NCBI GenBank assembly: GCA_951406725.2
Contig: OX597817.1
Coordinates: forward strand, 139,872,001-139,936,000
Source: Octopus vulgaris
Lineage: Eukaryota
Reading direction: 5' to 3'
DNA length: 64,000 nucleotides
Made by a program: the position numbers and the translations under genes. Position 1 is the stretch's first letter; each line of letters opens with the position of its first letter. Positions 57,497 to 64,000 of this stretch are shown piece after piece. The notes beneath the pieces were generated by a model. The model saw only the letters and a list, made by a program, of their open reading frames with translations. It did no database searches and had not been told where the DNA came from.

Positions 57497-58694
57497 AAGT
57501 GACAAAAACTGTGAGGATTTCAAAACGACGAGAAAAGAGCCAAAAGAAACACTTTCTAACTTAAAAGAACGATTCAAAGACGTCATTTGTTTAGTTCTCA
57601 CCTTAGAATAGAAGAGTCCTTTCAGTTTTCGCAGTATTTCAGAAAATAGGAGGCCGTACTACCATTCAATTCTTCATTGCAAGATCTTTTACTGCTTCAT
57701 TTAATAGCCAAGACAAGAATTAAAGATATTTACACGTTAAAATTTAACTTAAAATGCAAGATAAAGAATGAAGACAGCCGCCTGTTAACACCACAATCGC
57801 AGTTTAACGAGCAAGACAAAAAAGAAAAAAAATTGTAGAAAGCGGAGTATTAGCATTGTCAGTAAAGATTTTTTGTGTTAATGTGGTCCGTTTGGTATAA
57901 AGTGCTGACGCAAGTAGATATTTAAAAAAAAACTCATTCAAGCCAGAGACGCCACATTCAATATAGCGTTATTTGACATAGAAACTCGCATTGACGAATA
58001 GCTGAAGTTATAAAATAATTTGAAAAAAATCTGGAATAAAACCAATGAGGAAAGCATGAGACATTGAGATGGAAATTACAGTCTTCTATGGGCGCAGAGG
58101 CGTGAATCGAAAGTAAAAATAACACGACAGCACAACACCTGATAAACCAGTCAGGCGGAAAAAAGGTTGATATGCACGACTTGCTGGAAGAGACGTCAAA
58201 CACAATTTGCGGTTTATGCTTTGGTTGATAATGTTATTTCAAGATTAATTATAAGTCTTAATATCATTAAAAGATTGGTTGAACATTTTGATTTCATGTT
58301 GAGATGTCCCAAAACGTCTGGGAAGTGAGTTCGAAGAAGCAAACGGTTACTGAATCCAACCCACTTAACGAGGAACATTTCTTTAGAATTGTAAATTTTA
58401 TTAACTCATTCCAAACTAAATGTCTGTGCCAGTCTGAGAGTATTGCTGGTAATTCCAACAACTGAAAGATATTTTTAGCAAACTTAAATATACGGAAAGT
58501 ATCTAAATCTTAAAGGACAAAAAACGGATGCCTATGATCTCATGGAACTTGTCGCACGAGGCATACCTGGGCCTACACAACAACGACACCCTTACCATCT
58601 CCTTCTCTTCCTCTGCCTCCTCCTCTTCTTCCTCCTCCTCCTTTTCTATAGCATTATTGTATAGTGGTTGCTGTTGCTGTTTGTTTGTTTCTTT

Positions 58695-59063
58695 GTTTCT
58701 TTGTTGAGCGAAGCGATCTTCGTCCTCATGGGAGAAGTCCGAAACGTGGTCCTTTGCTATTCGTAAGACCCGCAGAAGAGAAAGCAGGTTAACCCCCGAT
58801 ACCGAGAGCATCGACGGATGGATGAAGGCGCATCCAAGCTCAGCGGTTGCGTAGGAAGTCGGGGACAAGAAACAGGAAGAAAGAGTGAGAGAAAGTTGTG
58901 GCGAAAGAGTACAACAGGGGTCGCCACCACCCCTTGCCGGAGCCTCGTGGAGCTTTAAGTGTTTTCGCTCAATAAACACACACAGCGCCCGGTCTTGGAA
59001 TCGAAGCCGCGATCCTCTGACCGCGAGTCTGCTGCCCTAACCACTGGGCCATTGCGCCTCCAC
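58695..59063 (-). mobile_element. SINE family D, tail variant 3
   Basis: Head and body as 22144-22529, up to caggaagaaagagtgagagaaagttgtgg; tail unrelated to the other copies. Confidence 0.8.
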
Positions 59064-59700
<637 letters not shown>

Positions 59701-60014
59701 TGTGTGGACACCATTAAGTCCACTGCTCAGATAAAACATTTGAGCTAAATGCTAGACAGTATTCACGACTTGAAACGACTTAGCATTTTATTCCTGTTGC
59801 AACATTTGGCAGGCCACAGACCTAATACACCAGAAAACAGTGTTTGGCACCAATTGGCAAATCAATAGACAACAATATTCCCAGTTCTATGTCTCACCAT
59901 TTCTCAAGAATTGTATTTTCATAGCCAATACTTCTTTCAGTTTTATAAGTTGAACAAATCTAAAACCGATTTAATTTTTTTTTCCGGAATTCCATTGCCT
60001 GTTATAAACTTAAG

Positions 60015-60136
<122 letters not shown>

Positions 60137-60138
60137 TT

Positions 60139-60207
<69 letters not shown>

Positions 60208-60324
60208 GCGCGCGCACACACACGCGCGTATGTATGTATGTATGTATGTATGTATGTATGTATATGCTCGTCATATAACTTTGGAAGTATACTTTTCCCT
60301 CCATAGGTAATATCAAGAAATATG

Positions 60325-60432
60325 GCGTACGTACAATCATTCGTTTGCGTTTTCGTGCTGCGTGGGGGCCAGGTATGCCAAAGAAAAGACTCAACGTTTC
60401 CTCTGCTTGTCGTAAAAGGCAACTAAGAAAGG
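60325..60432 (+). ncRNA. Decayed HDV-like ribozyme / RTE 5' end
   Basis: P1 GCGUA/UGCGU with G1-U wobble, L3-like UUUUCGU, GG, then gcttgtcgtaaaaggcaaCTAA resembling the RTE 5' motif; P2 and P3 imperfect. Confidence 0.4.
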
Positions 60433-61311
60433 TTGGGTTAGGATTCGCACTCCGACCTCGTAAAACCCTCATCAGCGAAGACTACTCAAACAGACCCATG
60501 GGTTGGTGGGTTGTCACCTGAGTGGTGCAAAGGTGTCATCCACCAAAAGTAGAAGGGAGCCACCAACAAATGGTGGACGCAGCGATGCCCCATACTATTA
60601 TTAAGTAATAAAAAATATTCTCATTTGCAAAAAACTGAAATGCGTTTCCACCGCTTGGATCGCTTTCAAGGCCACTAAATTCCGTCGGATTGACTCCAAA
60701 ATTTACACGGATATGTAAAATGAGGTGACGATGCCCGTGGGCTACTTTAGAAATCCCTATCTTAAAAGGTGTCGTTGCTAGGGCCAAAAACCCACTTTGA
60801 CAAGTCCACTCCCGTTCTTTTACGTTTCTGTCTTCCTCACTCACGCTATTTCCTCCATTCCTCTCTAACTCCCCTTCAGTTTCCCTTTATAAGTTCGTCA
60901 AACGGCGTTCTTTTATGTATCTGTCTGCATTCATAGAGAGAATTATCATCGCCACCACCAAAACACGAGCATGAGAACAAATATTATGAATCAGATATTT
61001 CTTGCGTTCATTTATATATGTGTGTGTGTGTGTGTGTTCGATATATAAATATGTATATATAATGTATATATACAAAGTGTATATATCTGTATTCATGTAT
61101 ATTAAACTTTTTAACACTTTTTGATAGTTATATATATTTTTAAACAAATTATAAATATAATTTAATAATTTTTATTTTAAATTTAAATAATTTAAATTTT
61201 TAAATTTTATATTTTATATATTTTCTATATTAAATTTTTATTTTTATGTTTTTGTTTTTGGTTTTTCACTGTTTGATTTGCCTATTAGTGGTTTTATCTC
61301 TAATTTAATTT

Positions 61312-61378
<67 letters not shown>

Positions 61379-62242
61379 GTATACATTTGTATATATAATA
61401 CGTGCACACACACAAACACACATATATATATATATATCATGTGTGCATTATGTGGTCGGTCGGTTCAGCTGAAAATATGCACACCTATGTTAAAAGTGCT
61501 GGCAAGTTTGCATGACAACTATTTTTTTCCTCAAATGAAAGGCGTGACCTCTAGGACAAAATTCCTCATCTTATAAAATGTGGCCCCAGTAGACCCGAAT
61601 GAAATCGGGTTATATTAACCAAAATGTGAAAAGGGGTCTAAATGGGGCTGGAAGGGGATTAAAATTTCAATCAGCGAGTGTTTAGGAATTCTCTGTTACA
61701 TCAAGCTAAAAAATTTGCGCCAGCCTTTTAATCGTCAATGTGTTGCCGTCCATGATGAAGAAATTTTGAATGCTTGCCATGATGAGTCTACTGTCGTGAG
61801 AAAGAATCACTTCAAAACTTGGTGTTTACGAATTTTCTTTTACATCAAGTTCAAAATTTTACGCCAGCCGTTAAACTGTCAATACGTTGCTGTCCGTCGT
61901 TAAGAAATGCCAGGCATGGTGACTCTACTATCCTCACATTCTATCCCTTCAAACTTTGGTTTCCAATATTTTATTATTTTTATTCAGCTCGCAAGTTCGT
62001 CTGTCCCTTTTAAATGTTAACGTTTTGCTGTCTGCATTGAAGCAGCCCTTTCCGTTGCCACTGCCTGATATTTATGATTGATCTTTCTAAATATTTTATT
62101 TCTCAACTTACTCAAGATCTTTTGTTGTTTATAAATGGGAGAGAGATAGATAAAGATAGAGAGTAAGAGAAAGCGAGGGAGAGTCCGAGAGAAAAGAAAA
62201 GTAAGAGAGTGGGAAAGTGAGAGAGAAACAAAGAGGGAGAAT

Positions 62243-62555
62243 CATCATCATCATCATCATCGTTTAACGTCCGTTTTCCGTGCTAGCACGGGTTGGACAG
62301 TTTGACCGGGGTCTGGGAAGCCAGGAAGCTGCACCAGGCTCCAGTCTGATCTGGCAGTGTTTCTACAGGTGGATGACCTTCCTAACGCCAACCACTCTGT
62401 GAGTGTAGTGGGTGTTTTTTTCGTGCCGCCGGCACAGGTGCCATGGGGGCTCGCAGCGGCAACGTTCAGATGGTGCTTTTTACGTGCCACCGGCACAGAA
62501 GCCAGTCAAGGCGGCGCTGCAATCGGCCACGTTCGGATGGTGCTTTTTACGTGCT
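62243..62555 (-). mobile_element. SINE/LINE-tail family A
   Basis: (CAT)n cgtttaacgtccgttttcc... Confidence 0.85.
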
Positions 62556-64000
62556 GAAAGGAAGCAACAGAAAGTAACAACCACACTCTTACCCGCGCGT
62601 AGAGCGGGTCACCTTCAGCTAGTATACATATATATATATATAACATGTATGCACACTCACGCACACACACGCATATATATGTGTGTGTGTGTATGTATAT
62701 ATGTGTGTATGCATATATGTATATACGTAAATATATGTGAGTATATACATGTGTGTGTGTGAGTATGTCTTTCATAGTACTGCGAACACAATACTTTAAA
62801 AAAAAAACGATTTTCCCGAATCAATTTTTAAAAGCAAGACTATGTAGCACTTTATCAATTTATTTCTCAATGTTTACGACAAAATTTCTGCAACGATGTC
62901 ATCTGTGAAGCCAGGTCAACAATGAGTTAATTTATTTTAGTTCGCTGTTCACATTAAGTATTTTCAGTTTCAGCTAAGTTCCGACCAGGCAGAAGTTTAA
63001 GTGAATAATTGGTCTTAAAGTACGTAACAAACAACTGACAATCTCGTCATGCAATATATTCTAAATGTTGCCAAACACAAACCACTTTCCGTGACAGCTA
63101 ATATATAATGTTATAAACGGGGGACTATTATTACTAGACTTTAAATGAGACAGCTGGTTTATTTCTTAGCTTTTATGGCAAATTTCCAATTTCATGGAGA
63201 AGGGGATAACGTCGACTGCAACAATCTCACTGTTTTAATTGTTGTTTGAGCGATTTAGAAAGTAGAAAAAGGGGAAGGCCATCCTAAAGGAATTTAAGCT
63301 CAAAACTATGCAACGACCACTTTGCTTTTTCTTCTGATGGTAGCAGTAATTATATTTAAACCGGAAGTAGCCCTAGTTCCCAGTTTTTATTTTGGTAACT
63401 CTCACAGTTTATTTCAGTCAATCAAAGTTGGTAGCCTATTGCTGATTAGTATTGTAGGTATGTTCTGGACGGGAGGATAAATATAACCTCTTGCTGCCTC
63501 TAAATGTGAGACATAAATTAACATAAATTAACATAAAAATCAAGTCCTTTCTTAGTTTTTATTCACCACAAAACGAAACGGAAGAGGGCCTCAAATCAAT
63601 GCTGAATCATAACAGTACAAACAAAAAGGGAAGCAACTTGTATAGCGGCACATTACACCAACAAGACACTCTATTCTTTTACTCTATTACTGCGGTCATG
63701 CTGGAGCACCGCTTTGTAGGGTTACTAGAACAAATTGACCATAGTACTTAAGTCTGGTGTTTATTCTATCGTCGTTTTTTGTCGAACCGCTAAGTTACGG
63801 GGACGTAAGAAAACTAAGACCGAGTGGAGAGACAAACATGAACACTAAGACACACAAACGCGCGCGTGCATACCCCCTCCCACGTATATACACATTGGAC
63901 GGGTTTCTCATAGTTTCCGTCTGCCAAATTTCACAAGAGATAGGTCGTCCCGGATGTAGAAGATATTTACCCAAGGCGCCGCGCGCGGTGGCACTTAATC

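Overview
AT-rich, microsatellite-dense eukaryotic DNA. The repeat families look like octopus/cephalopod to me, but that is recognition, not a search result. The only host coding sequence I can support is the last two coding exons of a sorting nexin 14 (SNX14)-like gene on + (8226-8317, 12224-12322). A possible non-coding first exon of another gene lies near 22.7 kb. The rest is transposon-derived: two decayed mariner elements, RTE, CR1 and R4/Dong-like LINE fragments, at least five SINE families, and one uninterrupted but 5'-truncated Penelope-like element (PLE) ORF (RT + GIY-YIG, 52168-53520) inserted in (TA)n. The most striking signal is about a dozen type-I hammerhead ribozyme (HHR) motifs from several unrelated PLE-type families. 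Several sit in foldback structures with ~180-230 bp arms. One foldback arm ends within a base of the predicted cleavage site (16.5 kb). One HHR has a 19-bp G-U-rich extension in stem II (27.5 kb). One is fused to a tRNA-derived Pol III head (35.5-35.9 kb), a candidate ribozyme-bearing, PLE-mobilised SINE. A decayed HDV-like ribozyme may mark an RTE 5' end at 60.3 kb. Nearly all ORFs in the supplied track are microsatellite artefacts. Coordinates were read by eye, and element boundaries are approximate.
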